A DNA stretch of 64,000 nucleotides from Syntrophales bacterium (GTDB lineage: Bacteria > Desulfobacterota > Syntrophia > Syntrophales > UBA6807), in the NCBI GenBank assembly GCA_040767195.1, contig JAXGPA010000001.1, forward strand, positions 768,001 through 832,000. The letters run 5' to 3'. The stretch's first letter is position 1, and the number at the start of each line of letters is the position of its first letter. The position numbers and the translations under genes are program-made. The notes beneath the pieces are model-generated. The model saw nothing but the letters and a program-made list of their open reading frames with translations, ran no database searches and was not told where the DNA came from. This document shows positions 50,196 through 58,889 of this stretch, piece by piece.

Positions 50196-51286
50196 ATATC
50201 CTCATGGTCAAGCTGAGCGCCATCGGGGATGTCATCCACACCCTTCCATCCCTGGCCGCGCTGAGAAAGCGTTACCCCGGGGCCCACATCACCTGGGTCG
50301 TGGAAGAGGGAGCTTCCGACCTTCTGGCGGGCCACCCCTGCCTGGACCGGGTCATCGTGTCCCGGAGAAAAACCTGGGCCTCCCATATCCGGAAAGGCCG
50401 GCACCTTCCGGAAACCCTTAAAGAAATAAAAACATTTCTGGGCGACTTACGGGACCGGCGCTACGACCTGGTCATCGATTTTCACGGCCTTCTGAAAAGC
50501 GCGGTCCTCGTTTTTCTATCCTCGGGAAAACGCCGGGTCGGATACGACAGTCTCCAGGAATTGAGCGGCCTTTTCTACAATGAAAAGATAGACGAGGACA
50601 TGGGAAAGCACGCCGTCCTGAGATACCTCGACTTTGTTTCTCACCTGGGCGGCGATCCCCGAAATCCCCGTTTCGATATTCCCGAGGACGAAGGTAACAG
50701 GACCCGGGTGGACCAGCTTCTCCGGCAGTCGGGACTGGCTCCCGGAACCCCTTTTTTCGCCCTCAATCCGGTCGCCTACTGGAAAACCAAACTCTGGGAC
50801 AGTGAAAAATTCGGGGAGCTCTGCCGCCGAATCACGGACGAGATGAACATTCCCGTCGTTCTCACGGGCAGCCGGTCCGACGGTATCCTCGGGGACATCG
50901 AGGCCCTCTGCCCCCGGTCGGTCAACCTGGGGGGTCAAACGACACTGAAGGACCTGGCCTGCCTTTACCGGCGGTCGTCCCTGGTGATCACGACGGACTC
51001 GGGGCCCATGCATCTGGCCGCCGCCGTGGGAACCCCGACGATCGCCCTTTTCGGCCCCACCGACCCGATCAGGACCGGTCCCTTCGGTGAAAATCACATC
51101 GTCATCAGGAAAAACCTCCCCTGCAGCCCCTGCTTTCTCAAAAAATGCGACCGCATGGACTGCATGAGGGAGATCACCGTTCAGGAAGTTCTCGACGCGG
51201 TCAAACTTTCGGCGGAGGGCAGATTGCCGGGGAAAACAAAGAAGAGGGACCGCTCTCTTTTGAAATCAGAGACCAAAGGAGGATGA
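50192..51286 (+). CDS. waaC: GT9 heptosyltransferase, probable heptosyltransferase I
   Basis: VKLSAIGDVIHTLP, DFHGLLKSA, DSGPMHLAAA, FGPTDP. Confidence 0.82.
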   Translation: MNILMVKLSAIGDVIHTLPSLAALRKRYPGAHITWVVEEGASDLLAGHPCLDRVIVSRRKTWASHIRKGRHLPETLKEIKTFLGDLRDRRYDLVIDFHGLLKSAVLVFLSSGKRRVGYDSLQELSGLFYNEKIDEDMGKHAVLRYLDFVSHLGGDPRNPRFDIPEDEGNRTRVDQLLRQSGLAPGTPFFALNPVAYWKTKLWDSEKFGELCRRITDEMNIPVVLTGSRSDGILGDIEALCPRSVNLGGQTTLKDLACLYRRSSLVITTDSGPMHLAAAVGTPTIALFGPTDPIRTGPFGENHIVIRKNLPCSPCFLKKCDRMDCMREITVQEVLDAVKLSAEGRLPGKTKKRDRSLLKSETKGG

Positions 51287-51291
51287 AAACG

Positions 51292-51489
51292 ATGGCGATC
51301 AGGAAAGAACTCCTGGACATCCTGGCATGCCCCAAGTGCAAGGGTGACATCGTCCTCAACGACCAGAAAGACGGCCTCATCTGTCATCACTGCCGTCTTC
51401 TCTACCGGATCGAGGACGATATCCCCATCATGCTCATCGACGAGGCTGTCCCCCTGGACCCGCCTTCTCAGAGCCCGGAAAAGCCTTGA
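51292..51489 (+). CDS. Trm112/YcaR family protein
   Basis: LLDILACPKCKG...LIC..C...YRIEDDIPIMLIDEA. Confidence 0.9.
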   Translation: MAIRKELLDILACPKCKGDIVLNDQKDGLICHHCRLLYRIEDDIPIMLIDEAVPLDPPSQSPEKP

Positions 51490-51671
51490 AGACCTTCTCC
51501 CATGAGAGACGCCTCAATCTTGTGGATGCCTGAACAAAGAAAAGGGCAAAACCCCGCATGACACGTTTCAACCATGCCCCCTATCCACAAGGCCCGGCAC
51601 CGGCATCGGAACTGGAGATGCCACGGTAACGGGAGGAGGCATGGGGTCATCCTGAAAAACCCCTGAAACGA

Positions 51672-51709
51672 ATTGTGGGGAATTGGATTTAATCCCAATT
51701 CCCCACAAT
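51672..51709. terminator. 15-bp perfect hairpin between convergent transcription units
   Basis: ATTGTGGGGAATTGG-N8-CCAATTCCCCACAAT, between Trm112 (+) and tRNA-Leu (-). Confidence 0.65.
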
Positions 51710-51733
51710 CACGAAGGATGTTGTTTTTTAAAA

Positions 51734-51819
51734 TGGTGCCGAAGCCGGGACTTGAACCCGGACGGGCTTCCCCACTACCCCCTCAAGATAGCGTGTCTAC
51801 CAAATTCCACCACTTCGGC
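51734..51819 (-). tRNA. tRNA-Leu (anticodon GAG)
   Basis: Acceptor GCCGAAG/CTTCGGC, anticodon arm CTATC-TTGAGGG-GGTAG, long variable arm, GGTTCAAGTCC, CCA; downstream of secG. Confidence 0.95.
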
Positions 51820-51899
51820 ATTTGCGTAAAAAGTCTATTTTCTTTTATGTTTTTTGTCAATACAAAAGTGAGCGGGAACGCGTTTAAACGCCTTATCCA

Positions 51900-52286
51900 C
51901 TACTTCGTTCCACCCGTGTTTTCGCTTCCCGTTTCTGCTGGTTGTGCCGGCTGAACGGGTACCGCCGCAGGGGATGCTTCTCCCTTTCCGCTATCCGACG
52001 GCGGCAGGGTCTGCTCCACCGCGGAAGGAACCGACACATCCTCCATCACCGACGGAACCTTGTGAACGGCGACATAGGCGAGCCACAAGGACGTGAGCAT
52101 GAAAACCGTGGCGATGACCGTCGTCATCTTACCCAGAAAAGTCGTCGGGCCGCTGCTTCCGAAAATGGTCTGGCTGGAACCGCCGAAAGCCGCCCCCATG
52201 TCCGCCCCGCGACCGCTCTGCAGGAGAACGATCATAATGAGCAGCAGACATATAATTACATGAATGACCGTAATAAGAATGAACAA
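51900..52286 (-). CDS. secG: Preprotein translocase subunit SecG
   Basis: VLLQSGRGADMGAAFGG.SQTIFG, two TMs; tpiA-secG-tRNA-Leu synteny. Confidence 0.95.
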   Translation of the reverse strand: MFILITVIHVIICLLLIMIVLLQSGRGADMGAAFGGSSQTIFGSSGPTTFLGKMTTVIATVFMLTSLWLAYVAVHKVPSVMEDVSVPSAVEQTLPPSDSGKGEASPAAVPVQPAQPAETGSENTGGTK

Positions 52287-52306
52287 AGCCTTCTATCTCC
52301 TTACTG

Positions 52307-53065
52307 TTATTGTAATGGGCACCGGGCAATTCCGAGGAAAGATTCAACGTCCAGGCTGGCCCCGCCCACCAGAACCCCCTGGATATCGGGCATGCCCATG
52401 AGTTCTTTTATGTTCGATTCCTTGACGCTTCCGCCGTATAAAATTCTCACGGACCGGGCGGCCTCCGCGCCGTAAAGTTCACGGAGCCGCTTCCGGATGA
52501 AACGGTGAACCTCCTGGGCCTCGTCAGGCGTCGCCGTTTTTCCCGTTCCGATGGCCCACACGGGCTCATAGGCTATTGTGAGCGCCTTTATATCACCGGG
52601 AGAAATATTATTCAATCCCCCCGTCAACTGTTTTCCGACAACGTTGAAGGTCCTCTCCCGCTCCCGTTCTTCCAGGGTCTCCCCGATGCAGACCAGCGGC
52701 TTCAGGTGGTGTTGGAGAGCGGCTTTTACCTTGTAATTCACCATTTCGTCGCTTTCCCCGAAGAGATGGCGCCTTTCCGAGTGGCCGAGGATGACCCATG
52801 TGCAGCCGGCGTCGAGAAGCATGTTCGGGGAGATTTCGCCCGTGAAGGCCCCTTTTTCCTCCCAGTGCATGTTCTGGCCGGCCAGGGAAACGGCGGAATC
52901 CCGGCAGGCGAGGGAAACAGCGGAAAGAGCGGTGTAGGGCGGTGCCAGAAGGACCTCCCGGTCCGAAAGGGATGCGATGGACTCTGTCAGCTTCCGGGCG
53001 AACGAAACGGCCTCCCCGACGGTTTTATTCATCTTCCAGTTTGCGGCGAAAACAGGCTTTTCCAT
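52307..53065 (-). CDS. tpiA: Triosephosphate isomerase
   Basis: ANWKMN, GAFTGE, GHSERR, AYEPVWAIGTG, YGGSV, LVGGASL. Confidence 0.97.
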   Translation of the reverse strand: MEKPVFAANWKMNKTVGEAVSFARKLTESIASLSDREVLLAPPYTALSAVSLACRDSAVSLAGQNMHWEEKGAFTGEISPNMLLDAGCTWVILGHSERRHLFGESDEMVNYKVKAALQHHLKPLVCIGETLEERERERTFNVVGKQLTGGLNNISPGDIKALTIAYEPVWAIGTGKTATPDEAQEVHRFIRKRLRELYGAEAARSVRILYGGSVKESNIKELMGMPDIQGVLVGGASLDVESFLGIARCPLQ

Positions 53066-54082
53066 TTACTTACCGGTCATCTTTTTCCCCATGAAAAGGG
53101 CCAGGTCTCTCATCCGGCAGGCATATCCGCTTTCGTTGTCATACCAGGAAAAAACCTTCACCAGGTTGCCGTCGATGACATTCGTCAGCGGGGCGTCCAC
53201 GATGGAGGAATAAGGACTGCTGGTGAAATCGACGGAAACAAGCTCTTCCTCGCAAAAGGCCATGTAACCCTTGAGCGGTCCGTTGGCCGCCGCCTTGAGG
53301 GCGTCGTTGACTTCGGCGATGGTGACGTTCCGGCTCACTTCCGCCACAAAATCGACGACGGAAACATTCGGCGTGGGAACCCGGAGGGCGACACCATCCA
53401 TCCTGCCCTTCAGATCGGGAATGACCTCCGTGACCGCCCGGGCCGCCCCCGTTGTCGTGGGAACGATGGACATGGCCGCCGCCCGGGCCCTTCGGAGGTC
53501 CTTGTGAGACCCGTCGAGAAGACGCTGATCCATGGTATAGGCGTGGACGGTGGTCATGAACCCCCGGCTGATCTTGAACGAATCGTGGAGCACCTTTACC
53601 ACCGGGGCCAGACAGTTTGTCGTGCACGAGGCGTTGGACACGATGTGATGTTTCTCCGGATCATAAGACGCTTCATTTACACCCATGACAAACGTGCCGT
53701 CGACTCCCTTGCCGGGTGCCGCGATGATCACCTTTTTCGCCCCCGCGTCGATGTGGCCGGCGCATTCTGCGCGCTTTCGGAACTTGCCCGTCGATTCGAA
53801 AACGATATCCACCCCCATGTCCCCCCAGGGAAGAGCGCTCAGGTCGCCCGTCAGGGATGTAATCATGATTTCACGGCCGTTAACGATCAAGGAGGCGTCC
53901 TTTACCTCCACTTTTCCAGAAAACGGGCCGTGAACCGAATCATACCGGAGAAGATGGGCCAGAATTTCCGGATTGGCCCGGGAGTTGATGGCCATGATCT
54001 CCATATCCTCCCTGTCCACACAGGCTCGAACAAGATACCGCCCCACACGACCGAATCCATTGATCGCCACTCTTACGCGCAC
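53066..54082 (-). CDS. gap: Glyceraldehyde-3-phosphate dehydrogenase (type I)
   Basis: INGFGRVGR, SNASCTTNCL, WYDNE. Confidence 0.97.
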   Translation of the reverse strand: MRVRVAINGFGRVGRYLVRACVDREDMEIMAINSRANPEILAHLLRYDSVHGPFSGKVEVKDASLIVNGREIMITSLTGDLSALPWGDMGVDIVFESTGKFRKRAECAGHIDAGAKKVIIAAPGKGVDGTFVMGVNEASYDPEKHHIVSNASCTTNCLAPVVKVLHDSFKISRGFMTTVHAYTMDQRLLDGSHKDLRRARAAAMSIVPTTTGAARAVTEVIPDLKGRMDGVALRVPTPNVSVVDFVAEVSRNVTIAEVNDALKAAANGPLKGYMAFCEEELVSVDFTSSPYSSIVDAPLTNVIDGNLVKVFSWYDNESGYACRMRDLALFMGKKMTGK

Positions 54083-54297
54083 GGTCCACCTCCTTGAAGA
54101 TATCCCAGGGAAAAATTTAGTTAAAAAATTACGCTGAAAATGAAGAACACAAGCGTTTCAATTTGTTATATATCCAAGCACGCCTTATATTATGGAAGCC
54201 CGGCGTATTCGTCAATCATTATTTCTCGCTACCCCGTGACCTTCAGGCATGACCCCGCCGCCCCCGGCGCACATGTTTTCCCAATATTTGTTTTGCC

Positions 54298-54327
54298 TTG
54301 ACAAGGAAGTTTAAAGGGGCTATTAAT
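54298..54327 (+). promoter_or_regulatory. Probable sigma-70 promoter of tRNA-Arg
   Basis: TTGACA-17 nt-TATTAA(T), ~35 bp upstream of the tRNA. Confidence 0.5.
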
Positions 54328-54360
54328 TTCAATTCTTTAAAGCCGTGTGACATAAATCGT

Positions 54361-54437
<77 letters not shown>

Positions 54438-54445
54438 AGAAAAGC

Positions 54446-54486
54446 AAGGGGTTACGAAAAATATGACGTAACCCCTTTTTATTTTA
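54446..54486 (+). terminator. Rho-independent terminator after tRNA-Arg
   Basis: AAGGGGTTACG-N10-CGTAACCCCTT followed by a T-rich tail. Confidence 0.8.
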
Positions 54487-54754
54487 TGCTGCCCCATAGC
54501 TACCCTTATAGAATGAATTGTGTTAAACAAAAAAGCAGACTTGACCTTCTCGTCTGCACCTGCAAACAGGCAGGTCGTGTAAGCTTACCAAATCATTGAA
54601 TACCGTTTCAAGTCTAACGCGAGTTTCTTTATTCCATGACAAGCAAGAATTCCTTGACAAGTAAGTGCCATAACTTTAAATACATATGACGATTCATTTG
54701 TCTTGCCTGTGTCATGCAATTCTTTGAGCGGCTTTAATGAAGGGGGGCATCGTC

Positions 54755-55061
54755 ATGAAGGCGCTCATGCTTTTATTCCTTACTCATGATCTTTTTTATT
54801 TTTTCGCCGGTTGCTGAGGCCACGGCGTTGGTCTTGCCACAAGGGCAGCCATGGTCAGAAGGGAAGGATCCTTTTATAATGGCATGTTCGGGGGATTCAA
54901 ACTCTTACAATAGTGATCTTTTGGCTGCACAGTACGACGACTATGCAATGCACGGTCTTATCGAATTTGATATTTCTTCTTTCCCTGCCGGCACACCTGT
55001 TCATAGCGCAACCTTGGAATTGAAGGAGTATTATCTTTATAATTCCAAAGTTTTTCTTTAA
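54755..55061 (+). pseudogene. Frameshifted, truncated secreted protein with DNRLRE-like fragment
   Basis: Signal peptide split across frames (MKALMLLF.. at 54755; MIFFIFSPVAEA at 54786); GLIEFDISSFPAGTPVHSATLEL motif, then an early stop. Confidence 0.55.
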
Positions 55062-55112
55062 TATGCGACAGGATCAGGAAAGGAAACGAAACATGAAAAA
55101 GGAGAAATCAGT

Positions 55113-55781
55113 ATGAAAAAGAGAAGATACGCCCTGTTTTCTGCCTTGACCCTTTTGATGTTTCTTGTGACGCCTCTAATGGTAAACGGTGCCCAAACGC
55201 CAGGACCTATTTACGGGCCCTTTTATCTTCCTGATTTCGGAACAAACCCAGGATCTGAGCACTATTACCAGATCGTTACAACAGACTATCAGGAATTAAC
55301 TTGGTCACAGGCTGTCGAAGCGGCGGAAAACATACCGCCCTACAAGCCTCACCCCCTGGGACCGACATATTATCCACATCTGGTGACGATTACATCGGAG
55401 GATGAGTGGGATATTATCAAGGATGTCATTTTGAAGGAGGGTGACAATTGGTATTGGCTGGGAGCGACGGATAAAGAAGACGAAGGCACGTGGACTTGGG
55501 TCACCGGTGAGGAATTCAGTATTCAAAAATGGTATGCTCCTGATGAACCGAACGGGGGTACCAGTGAAAATTATCTGGAAGGAAGCTATTCGGGATGGAA
55601 TGATATCGACGACACTGGCAGGGCTTGGGGATATATTGTTGAATATGAGCGTAATGAAAACTCCGCACCGGCCGCCATCCCCACGCTTTCCGGGTGGGGA
55701 ATGATCATTATGTCAATACTGTTGGTGTTGACGGTGATAATATTCATGCATCGAGGGCGTATGGTAAGTCGAAGTAAATGA
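55113..55781 (+). CDS. Secreted C-type lectin domain protein with IPTL-CTERM sorting signal
   Basis: Signal peptide; LTWSQA, HLVTITS.DE, WLGATD..DEGTWTW, EPN, WND; C-terminal AIPTLSGWG + TM + basic tail. Confidence 0.85.
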   Translation: MKKRRYALFSALTLLMFLVTPLMVNGAQTPGPIYGPFYLPDFGTNPGSEHYYQIVTTDYQELTWSQAVEAAENIPPYKPHPLGPTYYPHLVTITSEDEWDIIKDVILKEGDNWYWLGATDKEDEGTWTWVTGEEFSIQKWYAPDEPNGGTSENYLEGSYSGWNDIDDTGRAWGYIVEYERNENSAPAAIPTLSGWGMIIMSILLVLTVIIFMHRGRMVSRSK

Positions 55782-56060
55782 CAGGTAAATACCTTGTTGG
55801 TCCCACGCGATGTTAGAATAGGTTGCAGCAAACCTATTCAACATAGGAAGAGAACAACATGGTATTTACACGTCTATTTTCAATAGTCTTGACTTTTTTC
55901 AGAAATCGATAAGATTCAATACAGATGCCTCAAGTCTCCGTCCACGGTTACCCGGACGCATTTCCGTTCTTCCGCAAAATCGAAGCCGGTCCAGATTCCG
56001 AACGCCTTCAGGAGGATTTCCTCGGGATGAAAATTCTTCCGGGTATGACCTCATTATGCC

Positions 56061-56313
56061 TTACAAGACACGCTTCACCCCGGGAATTCCCCGGATCAGA
56101 TGAGCGGAAAGAAAGCAGGCTGGAATGCCTGACACGAGTACCAAAACCAGTCTTGCCAGCGGGAAAAGCGCCGCATGCTCGGAAAGGATCGTAAACCCGA
56201 CCACAATCAGCGGGTGGAAGATGTAGTCCGCCAAAAGCGATGGCCGAATGGTGGACGATGACCAGCGTTATGAGAAAAACCCGAAGCCGGTCGATGTAAT
56301 AGGCGCGTTTCAT
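56061..56313 (-). pseudogene. Internally deleted acyltransferase-3 (OpgC/NodX-like) gene
   Basis: N-terminus MKRAYYIDRLRVFLITLVIVHHSAIAFGG joined out of frame to C-terminus YIFHPLIVV...LIRGIPGVKRVL*. Confidence 0.75.
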
Positions 56314-56518
56314 AAAATGATGAAAAAAATGGGACTGAGCTGGCAAAACATTATTTGAGAAGTTTATTTTCAGAGTGGCAAATTACGTAAAACAATAGTA
56401 TTTGTCAAAGGATTACGGGCGCTGCATTCAAGTTCAAGTGTACCTGCCGCGGCATATGGCAAATTTCCGGTTCAGAGAAGACAGAATGTGAGTTTATATT
56501 TATCAATAAGGAGGTTCC

Positions 56519-58030
56519 ATGATGAAGAGGCGTGACTTTATTAAAACCGCTCTTGTTTCCTCCGCCGGTATCGGCGTCATGTTGAAAGGAATCCCCTCCT
56601 GCGCGCGGGGCATACCCGCCTCGGCTTTTACAGGAAGGGCCGGGGTCCGTTGCTATGCCGGAGCGCCTGGCGGGGTAATCCTGACATCGCTGAGCGATTT
56701 TTTCAAGATCGGCCCGGGACCCTCCAGTTCCCACACCATCGCTCCCCTCAGAATCGCCGCCCACTTCAGAGAAACCATGGAGAAGCTTCCCCGGGAGAGC
56801 ACATCCCGGGCGAAACAGATCAGAGCGCGGCTTTACGGCAGCCTGAGCAGTACCGGCAAGGGTCACAGAACCGACCGAGCCATCATCGCCGGCCTCCTCG
56901 GCCAGAGGCCGGAGACCTGCGACACCGGGCTGATGGAGGCGCTCGCCGATGAAACGAAAACATACATCACCACAATCGGCGATGTTGATTTTACGGTCGG
57001 ACACAGCACGATCGTTTGGGACAAGGTGGAACACACCTTTCCCTTTGTCAACACGCTGGTCATGGAGCTCATCGACGAGACGGACGTGGAGGTTTTCTCG
57101 CGGGAATATTACTCCACGGGGGGCGGATTCTTTCAGTGGAAAGGTCAGAAACCAGAGGTCCGGGGCGAACCGCTTTTTCCGTACGGCAGCATGACGGCTT
57201 TCCGCCGCCTGGCGGCGGCCCAGGGCAAAGGGCTCCACGAGATCATCCTGGAAAACGACATGGCCGTTATGGGTGTGGATGAAGGAAAAATACGGGAACA
57301 CCTGGACCTTGTCCTGGAAACCATGGACAAAGGGGTACAGCAGGGTCTTCGTGAGGAAGGGCTGCTGCCGGGGCCCTTCGAATTTCACCGCAAGGCCAAG
57401 CGCATCCACGAGCAGGCGCTGAAAAAGAAAGGCGGCGACAATTTCATGGGAATGCTGAGCAGTTACGCCCTCGCCGTTTCCGAGGGTAACGCCGCCGGCC
57501 GGCTGGCCGTGACGGCGCCCACCCTGGGCTCGGCCGGCACCATACCGGCTGTGGCGTATGTGATGAAACACCACCTGAAGTGTTCCCAGGAAACCATGCG
57601 CAAAGGCCTGCTGGCGGCGGCACTGGTCGGGTTCCTCTGTAAAAACAATGCCAGCGTGGCCGGCGCCGAGGTGGGATGCCAGGGCGAGATCGGTGTCGCC
57701 TCCTCCATGGCCGCCGCCATGATCACTTACGCCCGCACCGCTTCCCTGGAAGCCACCGAGGTGGCCGCGACCATCGCCCTGGAGCATCACCTGGGCATGT
57801 CCTGCGATCCCGTGGGAGGCTTTGTTCTGATTCCCTGTATCGAACGGAACGCTTTCGGGGCCGTCAAGGCCTACAATGCCTATCTCATGGCCACGAGCGA
57901 GATCACTTCTCAGCACTGGGAAGACCTGGACCGGGTCATCGCGGCGATGCTGGAGACAGGGAAAGCCCTGCCGCAGGCTTACCGGGAAATGGGAACCGGC
58001 GGCCTGGGCGTGACGATGGTGGACTGCTAG
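56519..58030 (+). CDS. sdaA: Fe-S L-serine ammonia-lyase (single chain) with twin-arginine signal peptide
   Basis: KIGPGPSSSHT, LYGSL..TGKGHRTD, YYSTGGG, EVGCQGE, MSCDPV, IPCIERN, C-terminal Cys; N-terminal KRRDFIK + hydrophobic stretch. Confidence 0.9.
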   Translation: MMKRRDFIKTALVSSAGIGVMLKGIPSCARGIPASAFTGRAGVRCYAGAPGGVILTSLSDFFKIGPGPSSSHTIAPLRIAAHFRETMEKLPRESTSRAKQIRARLYGSLSSTGKGHRTDRAIIAGLLGQRPETCDTGLMEALADETKTYITTIGDVDFTVGHSTIVWDKVEHTFPFVNTLVMELIDETDVEVFSREYYSTGGGFFQWKGQKPEVRGEPLFPYGSMTAFRRLAAAQGKGLHEIILENDMAVMGVDEGKIREHLDLVLETMDKGVQQGLREEGLLPGPFEFHRKAKRIHEQALKKKGGDNFMGMLSSYALAVSEGNAAGRLAVTAPTLGSAGTIPAVAYVMKHHLKCSQETMRKGLLAAALVGFLCKNNASVAGAEVGCQGEIGVASSMAAAMITYARTASLEATEVAATIALEHHLGMSCDPVGGFVLIPCIERNAFGAVKAYNAYLMATSEITSQHWEDLDRVIAAMLETGKALPQAYREMGTGGLGVTMVDC

Positions 58031-58086
58031 AAAGGGGGCACGTTCTTCGTCCCCTCAGAATCGTTTTTCGAGAAGGTAGTCTTTTT

Positions 58087-58746
58087 TTACTTGTGGGGAT
58101 TTTTTCTCAATTCCGGCTGCATGATCCCCTCCAGAAAGAGCCTTTGCGTTTCGAAAGCGGATTTATCTTCGGACGGGAAAAACCGGAGAATTTTTCCAAA
58201 AGAGATAACCACCCTGGCAAAAGGTTTCGGAAGGAAAAAACTGTCCCAGCTGTTGAAATACCATGCCCTGTCGGCCGAGACGTAGAAAGGAACGATCTCC
58301 GCATGGGCGGCGAGAGCCAGTTGGATCGCCCCCGCTTTGACGTGACCCGCCGGACCTTTCGGCCCGTCAACGATGTGGCCGGCCAACCCTGTTACGGCCA
58401 GACGATCTATCAGCTTCTTCAGGGCTTCCTTGCCACCCCGGGATGAAGAGCCCCGAACCGTGTGCCAGCCGCTTTTTTCGGCCACGCCGGCGATGATATC
58501 TCCGTCGGCGCTTTTGCTGATCATGAGGGAAGGGTTAAAGCCCCTGTAATTCTGAAAATGCCTTATGGCGACAAAGAACTGCTGATGCCAGGCACACAAA
58601 AGAACCCGTCCGCCGCTCCTGCAGTGATCCATCCATTCGTTCTCATTTTCGACTTTCATGTGAAAGGTTGAACTGTAGAAACGAATAAACCGGTAGAAAA
58701 GAGTGTGAAACAGCCTTGTCTTGACGATGCTCCTGAGGTTCAGCAT
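58087..58746 (-). CDS. DUF374 / lysophospholipid acyltransferase-like protein
   Basis: WHQ, ISKSADG, VRGSSSRGG, DGPKGP, SWD..FLPKPF. Confidence 0.85.
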   Translation of the reverse strand: MLNLRSIVKTRLFHTLFYRFIRFYSSTFHMKVENENEWMDHCRSGGRVLLCAWHQQFFVAIRHFQNYRGFNPSLMISKSADGDIIAGVAEKSGWHTVRGSSSRGGKEALKKLIDRLAVTGLAGHIVDGPKGPAGHVKAGAIQLALAAHAEIVPFYVSADRAWYFNSWDSFFLPKPFARVVISFGKILRFFPSEDKSAFETQRLFLEGIMQPELRKNPHK

Positions 58747-58795
58747 TTACAAGAGTTCCTATCGCTTCACAAGTTGAGAAGATCTTTTGAGGGGT

Positions 58796-58829
58796 TCGAA
58801 CATCCGGGCACGCGAGCCCGGATGTTCGA
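58796..58829. terminator. 14-bp perfect hairpin downstream of RND operon
   Basis: TCGAACATCCGGGC-N6-GCCCGGATGTTCGA; no clear U-tract. Confidence 0.5.
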
Positions 58830-58889
58830 GCATCGTTATCGGGGTTGAAAGGAGGGTGACTTTCGGTCTTTTTCCTGCCGGGATAATCA

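Noticed and set aside
51540..51660. c-di-GMP-I riboswitch suggested by GGGCAAAACC
   Set aside because: Lacks the GNRA stem and second helix, and no downstream gene on that strand
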